Origin: a virus
Taxonomy: Duplodnaviria > Caudoviricetes
Reading direction: 5' to 3' (one strand)
Length of the DNA stretch: 57,193 nucleotides
Virus record (IMG/VR): IMGVR_UViG_3300032331_001351
Span: 1 to 57,193 of that record
The notes below the pieces were generated by a model. It saw only the letters and a program-made list of their open reading frames with translations, searched no databases and had not been told where the DNA came from. The position numbers were made by a program, and so were the translations under genes. Shown piece after piece: positions 9,535 through 18,030 of this stretch. How positions within the stretch are numbered: the first letter of the stretch is position 1; each line of letters opens with the position of its first letter.

Positions 9535-10049
9535 TCTTTACCCCCTTTGCGCATTTCCATAACCTTCTCAACAGTACGACCCCCAAAGTAAGCGGTCATC
9601 ACCAGCATACCCCATTGACCGAGCAACGCTACGTAAGACTCCTGAACATTAATACCTGCGGCGCTCAATGCCGCAAACAGTAAGTACGCGGTCAATATAT
9701 ACACCAACGTCATAGGTCTGATGTTTTTAGACAGCCAAGAATCCGAGGTCATGTCGGCTTCCCAGCGCTTAGACACATTGTCTTCTTGATTAGCTTGAGC
9801 CGCTAGCAGGGCTTTAAGTTCTTCCTGCTCTAACCGGGCTTTTTCAATACCGAGTTCTAAGAGCCGTTCTTCGTGGTCATATTGAAGCTGGCGCAGTTTG
9901 CTGACCTCTTCAGGGCTTGGGTTATCAGAAATCTTTACGCCGAGCGCTTGCTCAACAACTTCTTTACCTTTAGCCTGAATAGCCGAAGACAAAAGACCCA
10001 AGCCGTTCTGGGCTAAGGTTCCGAGCAGTGATGCGACTATTGGAATCAT
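9531..10049 (-). CDS. Putative holin (3TM/GTA-type)
   Basis: D..SDSWLSKNIRP, two C-terminal TM segments and YFGGR..EK; adjacent to the endolysin. Confidence 0.7.
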   Translation of the reverse strand: MIPIVASLLGTLAQNGLGLLSSAIQAKGKEVVEQALGVKISDNPSPEEVSKLRQLQYDHEERLLELGIEKARLEQEELKALLAAQANQEDNVSKRWEADMTSDSWLSKNIRPMTLVYILTAYLLFAALSAAGINVQESYVALLGQWGMLVMTAYFGGRTVEKVMEMRKGGKE

Positions 10050-10324
10050 TGTTTGTCCTTTTTCTCTAATTCTTTCAACATTTTCTCAATCCTGGCTTCT
10101 ATACGCTCTGCCTTCTTTTGTATTGTGAGGGTATCAAAATACATACTAGCCATCAACGGCAGCAGTAAACAAATAAAAACTATCAACAGCACGACAACAA
10201 CTACATATCCCGACTGCGATGGATCATGTACATCAATGCCCACATTTCCAAGATTACTATCAGGACTGCTCCGAAAATTAACGCTTCGTCCGCCAGTTTG
10301 TTGAGCCGATTTTGACGTTGCCAT
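10046..10324 (-). CDS. Membrane protein (TM plus coiled coil) in lysis cassette; start uncertain, may be GTG at 10243
   Basis: Hydrophobic VVVVVLLIVFICLLLPLM followed by a charged coiled coil; ATGA overlap with the holin. Confidence 0.5.
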   Translation of the reverse strand: MATSKSAQQTGGRSVNFRSSPDSNLGNVGIDVHDPSQSGYVVVVVLLIVFICLLLPLMASMYFDTLTIQKKAERIEARIEKMLKELEKKDKQ

Positions 10325-10728
10325 TTTCTTTTCCGTTCTGCAATTACTTCCTGTTTGATCTCTTCCTCATGCTTTTTTGCCAACTTTGCGTATTCTTGTT
10401 CATACCTTGACCAGACCGCGCCTAACGCCGGGTCTGTGTGGTAGATCAAGAACTCACGTAGTTCAACTGATTGCCGTTCAAGTTCAATCTGATTAAAAAC
10501 ATTTTCTAGCGCCTGTGCTTTAAGTGATTTCTCTTTAGGAGGGTTGATTTCTTGACGTTTGACTTCTTTCTTGACTTCTTCGTGCGCCTCAAAAAACTGT
10601 CCTATGAACCCTGAAATCTCCTTTGTTATTTTATAAAGGTCTGAGCCGGTAGCTTTAGCCTCTTTGTAAAGTGATATACCTTGCTTGATACCAGCAATTG
10701 CGGTGAGAGCAAGGGTGATCGGTTCAAT
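10201..10728 (-). CDS. Hypothetical coiled-coil protein with C-terminal TM; probable ATT start
   Basis: The frame stays open 93 codons upstream of the called TTG (10449) to ATT-GAA-CCG-ATC (IEPITLALTAIAG...). GAGG lies 5 nt upstream, and an in-frame TGA further up leaves no canonical start. Confidence 0.65.
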   Translation of the reverse strand: MEPITLALTAIAGIKQGISLYKEAKATGSDLYKITKEISGFIGQFFEAHEEVKKEVKRQEINPPKEKSLKAQALENVFNQIELERQSVELREFLIYHTDPALGAVWSRYEQEYAKLAKKHEEEIKQEVIAERKRKWQRQNRLNKLADEALIFGAVLIVILEMWALMYMIHRSRDM

Positions 10729-10735
10729 TTTGTCC

Positions 10736-11008
10736 TCACTTTTTTGTCATTTTTTCACGCTCTTCGAGTAACTGCACTTTGACCTGAAGCTGATGAATGT
10801 CTTTGTAAATCTCTTCTTTCATAGCATGGCGCTTTTCGGCTGAAAGTGGAGAATCTGTTGGCACACCTTCTCTGGTAATCAAAGCGGGCATTGCGCCTTC
10901 AATTCGTGTCAAACGGGTAGAGAAATCATTGACCTGCCCGAGCAGCCAAGCAAGAGATGCCACAATGATCGGTATGACTGCCTTGAGTACATCTGCCCAG
11001 TTCATCAC
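10736..11008 (-). CDS. Hypothetical membrane-anchored coiled-coil protein
   Basis: N-terminal TM (VLKAVIPIIVASLAWLL) followed by a coiled coil. Confidence 0.65.
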   Translation of the reverse strand: MMNWADVLKAVIPIIVASLAWLLGQVNDFSTRLTRIEGAMPALITREGVPTDSPLSAEKRHAMKEEIYKDIHQLQVKVQLLEEREKMTKK

Positions 11009-11238
11009 TTAACCCCGTGAAAATAATTAGCTACATAGCCAACAGCTGAAGAAATGGCAGAGATTAGAGCCATACCCGCCCAAAAGCCTCCACGACCCTG
11101 GTTAGCAAGACCTACCAACTGTTCAAGTTGGCTTTCCATCTTGTCCATCTTCTTTGACATATCGTCAAAGCGGCGTTCATAGTCTTCGACTTTCTGCCAA
11201 AGCACACCGTATTTCACTGGGTCGATCTCGATAGCCAT
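11005..11238 (-). CDS. Coiled-coil plus C-terminal TM protein (XhlA/holin-associated-like)
   Basis: IDPVKYG.L, coiled coil, ANQGRGGFW and a TM segment. Confidence 0.65.
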   Translation of the reverse strand: MAIEIDPVKYGVLWQKVEDYERRFDDMSKKMDKMESQLEQLVGLANQGRGGFWAGMALISAISSAVGYVANYFHGVK

Positions 11239-11247
11239 TTCTTGTCC

Positions 11248-13605
11248 TTATGCGATGGCGAGGAAAATATAAGAACCGCCAGATACGTTAACTGTACCAG
11301 AAGCAGCAGCCGTGACTTGGAAACCAACACCAGTATTGTCAATATAGTTTGTGCTTGTGACTTGAGCAGCTGAACTGTCAAGTAGTAAGTAAGGGTCATT
11401 GCCTGAAATAATGCCGCGTGCTGAATCCCACACATACGTATCATTATTTCCAACAACACCAACTCGTGTAATCAGCACAAATCTTGCACCTGATGCAAAA
11501 CCGCAATTGATAGTCTGAAGTGCGCCTGTGCCAGTATATGTACCGACCTTAGAAACGCCAGCACAAGTTGCCCACATCCATAAAACAGAGTCATACCCAG
11601 ACACGTTGAGGGCAGAGTTATTGTCTAAAGTAACTGTAGTTGAAGTTGGTTGTGCGCCAAAACTTAATCCACCAGAATAAGATGAGCTTGTGGATGAATC
11701 ATTTGCACCCCAAGCATTTTTATACCAGTAGGTTGATGCACCAAAGTTTCCACCAAGAATCCAGTAGCTTCCACCTGTTCTGCGCTTGCCGATAATCAAT
11801 TCAGGGGCGACTGTCAAGTTATGGTTTAACACAAGCGTTGAACCTGTTCCTGTATAACAAACAACGTCCATGAATGATGAAGCGCGTTGGAAGAAATACG
11901 CTGTATCAAAATTACCGTTTGCAATAACAGCGGTATCTCCGTTGTACCAAGTACCTGCCTGACCAATTGACCTAGCAATGCCAAGACCACCAACACGACC
12001 GCTAGCTGATGATTCAGCAGCCGTGCTATTTGTAATCAAGTATGGGTTTGTAGTGGTATTACCGACTGTATTTGACGTAAAGCCATCAACAATTCCGCGC
12101 AGCCTGTCAACAATTTGCCATCCAGGTGTGGCCAAAGCAAAGTTAAATACTACATCTTTAACAGGAACGCTTGCTCCCAAAGTACCATTAGAAGTTGTAG
12201 CTGGCTCAAACACAGTTGTTGCATCCGTAGGCGTTTTCATTGGTCTACGAATGGCTATGTAAATGTAAGTTCCGCCGCTTGTATTGAAATTTCCTGTACT
12301 AGTTTGGATTTGAAAACCGGTAGCTTGTGGAGTGGCTAAATTTAGACCTGCGCCCTCAGCAATAGCTAAATCTGCATATGACTCATTGTCAGTGTTATTA
12401 CTAAAACCGCGGATGGTATCTAACATTACCCAGTTTCCTGAGCCAGATGATTTTTTAACCATTAACCACTGAGGCTCATAACCAATATTGATTATTGGTC
12501 CTGTAGCAGAGCCATTGCCTGTATAAGACCCGCAGGTAATCACGCTATCTGCACCGCTAGCTCCAAATCCACCTGCGTTACTTGCAAAAATGTAAGCTAC
12601 GTATGTGACGCCTGAAGAATTAACATATCCACCACCAGACACAGTAAATTGCGTTGAGGTTGGTAAAGTGCTAAAGTAGCCGTTTGCGTATGGACCTCCG
12701 CCAGTTGTATCAAGTTGCAAGTTTTGGCCACTTGTAAATGCGTTATGCCACACAATCCAGTTTTCAGTATCATTTGTAGCTTTCACCATGATACACCCAG
12801 GTGTACTTTGCAAATTGTGTGAAAGTGTTTGGCTACCGCCATTACCAGTATAAGTTACAATATCGAAGAATTTTGGCTGTTTACGGAATGTCCAGCTAGT
12901 ATAAGCAACCGAAGCCGTGTTCTGTCTAACGCTCACACCAAGTTGAAAGCCGTTTGAATTAAATGCTTCCAAGTTTGTACCAACCGTATAGGCAGGTCCA
13001 TTTGTGTTTGTCATCATCCAATTATTAACACCCCTAGCGGTGTCATAAATCATATTATCTTGATACGTGGTTGATGTTCTTGATTTGCACCAAACCATAC
13101 CACCTTTACCAGCTAGATCAATGTTGTTAACAATAGTGTTGGTTAAATACGTTGTCGGTGCTCCATTACCTACATAAAGTGTGGTGGAGAAAACTTCTTC
13201 AACGAAGTTTGAAGCCGGAGTTACGCTATTACTTGCAGAGCTAGAAGGACCAGTTCCAGCACCATTAGTTGCGGTCACCGTAAAAGTATAAGCTGTACCA
13301 TTAGTCAAGCCTGAAACCGTCACAGGAGAAGATGCACCAGTTCCGGTGAAACCGCCAGGACTTGACGTGGCTGTGTAGCTAGTGATTGCTGAACTGCCAA
13401 TATCTGAAGGCGCGGTAAACGCAACGCTAGCATTACCGCTACCCGCAGTAGCCGTGCCAATTGTAGGCGCTCCAGGGATAGTTGGCCACAAACCCTGCTT
13501 ACGGTAACCGGCAGCTTGGCTCAAAGTCCACATACCTTTAGCTGTGCTACCATCTACCGTAGGATTGGTCTTAGTTATAAACCCGCCAGGATATTGTTCG
13601 CTCAT
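11248..13605 (-). CDS. Tail fibre/receptor-binding protein, paralogue A (FN3 domain plus repeated YTGNG/HNL...P beta modules)
   Basis: PGAPTIGTAT...VSGLTNGTAYTFTV FN3 motif; repeated FDIVTYTGNG..HNL; ends YIFLAIA. Confidence 0.75.
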   Translation of the reverse strand: MSEQYPGGFITKTNPTVDGSTAKGMWTLSQAAGYRKQGLWPTIPGAPTIGTATAGSGNASVAFTAPSDIGSSAITSYTATSSPGGFTGTGASSPVTVSGLTNGTAYTFTVTATNGAGTGPSSSASNSVTPASNFVEEVFSTTLYVGNGAPTTYLTNTIVNNIDLAGKGGMVWCKSRTSTTYQDNMIYDTARGVNNWMMTNTNGPAYTVGTNLEAFNSNGFQLGVSVRQNTASVAYTSWTFRKQPKFFDIVTYTGNGGSQTLSHNLQSTPGCIMVKATNDTENWIVWHNAFTSGQNLQLDTTGGGPYANGYFSTLPTSTQFTVSGGGYVNSSGVTYVAYIFASNAGGFGASGADSVITCGSYTGNGSATGPIINIGYEPQWLMVKKSSGSGNWVMLDTIRGFSNNTDNESYADLAIAEGAGLNLATPQATGFQIQTSTGNFNTSGGTYIYIAIRRPMKTPTDATTVFEPATTSNGTLGASVPVKDVVFNFALATPGWQIVDRLRGIVDGFTSNTVGNTTTNPYLITNSTAAESSASGRVGGLGIARSIGQAGTWYNGDTAVIANGNFDTAYFFQRASSFMDVVCYTGTGSTLVLNHNLTVAPELIIGKRRTGGSYWILGGNFGASTYWYKNAWGANDSSTSSSYSGGLSFGAQPTSTTVTLDNNSALNVSGYDSVLWMWATCAGVSKVGTYTGTGALQTINCGFASGARFVLITRVGVVGNNDTYVWDSARGIISGNDPYLLLDSSAAQVTSTNYIDNTGVGFQVTAAASGTVNVSGGSYIFLAIA

Positions 13606-13614
13606 GTCTTGTCC

Positions 13615-15864
13615 TTACGCAATCGCTAAGAAAATGTACGTGCCGCCTGAAGCATTGATACCTGCCGCAGTGCTGACGATCTGGAACCCGGTGGTGATAG
13701 TATAAATACTATTAGCGTTAACTTCAGCAGCGTTACTGTTAAGTAACAATGATGGGTCGGTGCCGGACACCATACCACGAACCGTATCCCAGACATACCA
13801 GTCGCCTGTAGAGTCGGTACGCTTGATTAAGACGAACCGCGCTCCTGCCGCAAAGCCGCAAGCAATCGTTTGCGTTGCACCTGTGCCAGTATAACTGCCG
13901 ACTTTACTTATACCAGCGCAAGTAGCGAACAAATAATTAACTATGCTATCATTTACAGCGCCGAAGTTTGCACCGATTCTAAAAACAGAAGAGGTTGGTT
14001 GCGCGTTAATGTAATTGTCATACCCCCCGGTCGTTCCGGCACTAGTTGCAAAATATAATCCGGTATACGTTGAAGCTGTAAAGTTTGTTGCAATGTACCA
14101 ACCCTGCGCACTGGTTCTGTCTTTCAGTATCATCATTTCAGGAGCAACCCCTAAATTATGAGTAAGGTTTTGAGCGCTTCCTGTCGCTTTAAAAACAACC
14201 TCATCAAAAAATCCAGGGGCGCGTTGGAAGTTCCAAGTTGTAAACCCCCCAGAAGCGTTACCGTTGGCTCCGTAAGTAAAACCCGTGTTCCAATAATTGT
14301 ACGTGAATGGACCGTAATCTGCTGTAGATTCAGCACTTGATGATGGTGTAAACAAAAGCGTTTGATACCCGCTATTTGCGATTGGCACGCCTCTTAATCT
14401 GTCCGCTGCTGCGCCAACAATACCTTGCGAATTGTAAGACATCAAAGACATATCAACTCTAAACCCTGTTGTTTGAACAGTTCCTGCAGAAGCCGAAACA
14501 ACCTTTGCCGGAGCAAACACTTTAGTCCCGTCTGTGGGCACAGCCATTGGTCCACGGCGAACAGCTATGTAAATGAAGTTGTTTGATGTGGCGGTATTAT
14601 TAACAGTAAACCCTGTTGATGTAGGACCAACAGTTGAATTTTCTTCTGCATTTGTAGTGTTTGCTGTTAATTGCCTGCTATAAAGGACACCGTTATTCCA
14701 TGTAACCATCCCCCTCAGGTCATCTGTTACAATCCAAGAGTAACCGGTGGAGCTGCTATTTTTAATCATCACCCACTGCGGCTCATATCCAAGGCTCACC
14801 GTCGCATTACCACTTCCATCAGTAGTAAAAGACCCACAACTGATCACATTATCCGAACCGGTTAAGCCAAAGCCTCCTGCATTGCTAGCGAACAAGTACG
14901 CTACGTAATCAACACCCGCGTCAAGCGCACTGCCCGGAAAACTTATTGTGGTTGATGAGACATTTATCCAATTAGTTGAGGCAGTTGGCGCGGTTGTATC
15001 ATTTAATTGAAGGTATCTATTTATTGCGTAAAAGCCACCGCCGTCAAGACCAACATGATAAACTTTCCAGTCTTGAGAGCCGCTCGTGCTTTTTATCATT
15101 ACACACGCGGGAGTTGAACCTAGATTGTGAGAAATGTTTCCAGTATTAGGTGGCTTGCTTCCGTCGGTTGTAAAAGTCACAATATCAAAAAACTTAGCTT
15201 GTTCTCTGAATACCCATGAGGCATAGTTGTAAGGGCTTAGGTTTACGTTTGAGTTTGAACCAATTGTAAAACCATTTGAGTTGTAAGCGGTAACGCCTGT
15301 TGAAACTGTTGTTTGTGCGGCTGAACTAGAACTTTCTAAAACTTTGGTCACACCTCGTACTGTGTCATACCATTGAAACGGTCCACCAGCCGTGTTACGA
15401 ATTTTGCCAATAACTAACCCACCTTTGCCCGCCAAATCAATGCCGTTGGTGATGGTCTGTGTAGAGCTGTTACCTGTATAAAGCCAAGTCGAGAACACAT
15501 CTTCTACGTAACTAGGCAATACCGGCGTCACGCTGTTAGAAGCCGCGCTCTCAGGACCGTAGCCGTTCACGTTCTGAGCAGCTACGGTAAATGTGTAAGC
15601 CGTGCCGTTGGTCAAGCCTGAGACCGTAACCGGTGAGGTCAAACCCGTACCGGTAAAACCGCCGGGGGTTGAAGTCACGCGGTAGCCGGTAATTGCATTA
15701 GCAGGGAAGCCCGTGTCAGCAGGAGCAGTAAAAGCAACCGAAGCTGAAGCATTACCGGCAGTAGCCACAGGGCTCGTAGGAGCACCGGGCACAGATGGCC
15801 AAGTGTTACCCCCACGGGCTTGCATTTGTTGTCTTGAGGTCCACAGACCGTTAAAATTAGGCAT
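13615..15864 (-). CDS. Tail fibre/receptor-binding protein, paralogue B
   Basis: Same architecture as 11248-13605; likely start MPNFNG at 15864, a TAATG overlap with the upstream gene. Confidence 0.75.
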   Translation of the reverse strand: MPNFNGLWTSRQQMQARGGNTWPSVPGAPTSPVATAGNASASVAFTAPADTGFPANAITGYRVTSTPGGFTGTGLTSPVTVSGLTNGTAYTFTVAAQNVNGYGPESAASNSVTPVLPSYVEDVFSTWLYTGNSSTQTITNGIDLAGKGGLVIGKIRNTAGGPFQWYDTVRGVTKVLESSSSAAQTTVSTGVTAYNSNGFTIGSNSNVNLSPYNYASWVFREQAKFFDIVTFTTDGSKPPNTGNISHNLGSTPACVMIKSTSGSQDWKVYHVGLDGGGFYAINRYLQLNDTTAPTASTNWINVSSTTISFPGSALDAGVDYVAYLFASNAGGFGLTGSDNVISCGSFTTDGSGNATVSLGYEPQWVMIKNSSSTGYSWIVTDDLRGMVTWNNGVLYSRQLTANTTNAEENSTVGPTSTGFTVNNTATSNNFIYIAVRRGPMAVPTDGTKVFAPAKVVSASAGTVQTTGFRVDMSLMSYNSQGIVGAAADRLRGVPIANSGYQTLLFTPSSSAESTADYGPFTYNYWNTGFTYGANGNASGGFTTWNFQRAPGFFDEVVFKATGSAQNLTHNLGVAPEMMILKDRTSAQGWYIATNFTASTYTGLYFATSAGTTGGYDNYINAQPTSSVFRIGANFGAVNDSIVNYLFATCAGISKVGSYTGTGATQTIACGFAAGARFVLIKRTDSTGDWYVWDTVRGMVSGTDPSLLLNSNAAEVNANSIYTITTGFQIVSTAAGINASGGTYIFLAIA

Positions 15865-16973
15865 TACAAATCCCCTGTATTCGTCGACGGGAAGGCTCTG
15901 CCAGATCCCCAAATAATGCGGACTGCGCCACCGCCGCCAGCGCCGTCAGAATAGCCACCACCGCCACCACCGCCGTAAACTCCACCGCCGCCCACTTTAG
16001 CAGGGCTTCCCGTACCGCCGCCTGAACCGCCACCACCGCCGTTAGTTCCGGCTCCTGGGTTACCGCCTACGCCGCCGGTTCCATTGGTTCCTTGTCCAAG
16101 AATACCAACTCCACCGCCACCTGAGTAGCCGCCATACCAAGCGCCCGCACCGCCACCGCCACCGCCTGAACCATCTGAACCAGAACCCTGCCCATCACCA
16201 CTAGCTCCAGCGCCGCCAGTACCGGCGTATCCGCCAGCCCCGCCACCGCCACCATAGTAAGCTCCACCACCGGTGCTACCGCCAACGCCGCCGTTACCGC
16301 CACCGTCACCAGTACCGCCAGATCCCCCAGCACCGCCTGTTTTTGGGAAAGTGCCGTTACCTTTTATACCGCCGTTGGCTACAACAATTGTAGAGCTAAA
16401 TGTTGAACTGGTTCCGTTAGAACCTGTACCGTCATAATTTTGAGCGCCGCCGGAACCGACGACAACTTGATATGAATTGCCAGGAGTAACAGATATGTTG
16501 TTTTTATATCTTACCTCACCGCCACCGCCACCACAAGCGTATCCACCACCACCCCCGCCTCCGACAGCAACAACGCAAATACTTGTAACCCCCGTTGGGC
16601 AAACCCAAGGGGTAGTTCCTACGGTTGTAAAGGCTTGCTGACCGATAGCTAAAGGCGTAACCACATTGCTTGATGCGCTGGCTGGGCTATTGCCGTAAGC
16701 GTTGTTAGCGAAAACTTGAAAAGAATAAGCTGTACCCGTAGTTAAACCCGCCACTGTTACCGGCGAAGACGCACCTGTGCCGATAATATTACCGGGGGAA
16801 GATACTACGGTGTAACTTGAAATAGCACCGCCGCCGATGTCAGTCGGGGCTGTAAACGTCACAGAAACAGACGTGCTGGAGGCTTGCGTAGCTGTACCGA
16901 TAGTAGGTGCGCTCGGAGCTTTCAACGGGAAATAGGAAGCGGTCAATATTGCCGCCTGATAGCGCATTGACAT
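15864..16973 (-). CDS. Tail fibre-associated protein: FN3 plus glycine-rich domain
   Basis: FN3 motif, then VVAVGGGGGG...GGGGAVRIIW glycine-rich domain. Confidence 0.75.
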   Translation of the reverse strand: MSMRYQAAILTASYFPLKAPSAPTIGTATQASSTSVSVTFTAPTDIGGGAISSYTVVSSPGNIIGTGASSPVTVAGLTTGTAYSFQVFANNAYGNSPASASSNVVTPLAIGQQAFTTVGTTPWVCPTGVTSICVVAVGGGGGGGYACGGGGGEVRYKNNISVTPGNSYQVVVGSGGAQNYDGTGSNGTSSTFSSTIVVANGGIKGNGTFPKTGGAGGSGGTGDGGGNGGVGGSTGGGAYYGGGGGAGGYAGTGGAGASGDGQGSGSDGSGGGGGGAGAWYGGYSGGGGVGILGQGTNGTGGVGGNPGAGTNGGGGGSGGGTGSPAKVGGGGVYGGGGGGGYSDGAGGGGAVRIIWGSGRAFPSTNTGDL

Positions 16974-16986
16974 AAGTCGCTCCTAT

Positions 16987-17358
16987 TTAAGTGATTGCTT
17001 CGTAGCTGGCGGTGAGTTCTATTGCGTTACTGGTTGCGACTGTCACGACGATAGATTGGGCTTCGCCAATGTAAATCGCAGTGGTTTTATCAACAATGAT
17101 CAGCGAAGCGTTAGCCGGTACGCTAATCTGGTAAGCAATACGATACGCCGTACCACCACCGCTAATCGCGCTGTTGATCGAGACCGTCACAGCAACAGCA
17201 GAAGCAGTCACGTTAGAAGCAACTAAGTTGTCTAGTTTGTTGACCGTGCCAACCGCCGGAGTCAATGCTGTCCAAGTTGTGACGCTGGTCGTGCTCGGGA
17301 TTAAATAAGACGTATTGCCGTAGATCGACGTTACGTTAACGATATTGGGGTTTGCCAT
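16987..17358 (-). CDS. Small structural/tail protein
   Basis: 123 aa, beta-rich (MANPNIVNV...SYEAIT), SD AGGAG. Confidence 0.65.
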   Translation of the reverse strand: MANPNIVNVTSIYGNTSYLIPSTTSVTTWTALTPAVGTVNKLDNLVASNVTASAVAVTVSINSAISGGGTAYRIAYQISVPANASLIIVDKTTAIYIGEAQSIVVTVATSNAIELTASYEAIT

Positions 17359-17368
17359 TTATAGCTCC

Positions 17369-17680
17369 TTAGAATCCGAAAATCATCGCCATGGCGATAG
17401 CTTTGCCTGTTGAAACGCCAGCGGAACCGAATGACAGGTTCCCGGCTCCATCGGTAACGACCGCTTGACCGCTAGCACCGTCAGCTGTAGGGTACTTCAA
17501 ACCCACAGGGTTGTTGATGATACGCTTCACCGTGCCGGTGTTGTTCTTAGCGTAAAGCGCCATGTCCGCATCTGCGATGTTGAAACCTAATTCACCCGGG
17601 TTCAAATTACCGGACGTGGGGGCAGCGCCCGCTGTGGTCGTACGGTAAAGCTGAATTGGGGTGTAGCCTGTTTGTGCCAT
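17369..17680 (-). CDS. Tail fibre-associated protein
   Basis: P..L..GEL..N.AD..LY fibre N-terminal-like motif; C-terminal TGKAIAMAMIFG. Confidence 0.6.
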   Translation of the reverse strand: MAQTGYTPIQLYRTTTAGAAPTSGNLNPGELGFNIADADMALYAKNNTGTVKRIINNPVGLKYPTADGASGQAVVTDGAGNLSFGSAGVSTGKAIAMAMIFGF

Positions 17681-17685
17681 GTCTG

Positions 17686-18030
17686 TTACCTCAAGTTTTC
17701 AAGTTTGTAAAGGGTCTTCATATGCATTCCTGTGAGATCATCAACGATGTTCTCTAAGGCTGGAACACCCTTAGCGACCTTGTTTCGGTTTTCATTCAGC
17801 CAAATTATATCATCATGAATGAGTTTTGCAATGCTTTTCTCTTGATCTTCAACGCTACCAATGATACCGAACGTGCCTTGATAGGCTTCTATCAAATCAT
17901 CAAGCTGCTCAATCACATCCTCATAATAATGCCCGAGGGCTTTATGTTCAGCGTATGATTTCGTTTTCCAGTGCGCAATATGAGCAGCGTTTCTAGCGTG
18001 GAATAGGCGCTCAATTAGTTCTTCAATCAT
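17686..18030 (-). CDS. Ferritin/Dps-like four-helix protein (DUF5856-like)
   Basis: H..HW.T.SYAEHKAL..YY, D.L.E.YQG and C-terminal TLYKL..L. Confidence 0.65.
   Translation of the reverse strand: MIEELIERLFHARNAAHIAHWKTKSYAEHKALGHYYEDVIEQLDDLIEAYQGTFGIIGSVEDQEKSIAKLIHDDIIWLNENRNKVAKGVPALENIVDDLTGMHMKTLYKLENLR

Noticed and set aside
11248-15864. Diversity-generating retroelement
   Set aside because: No reverse transcriptase and no adenine-specific TR/VR pair seen; the paralogues differ at all base types.
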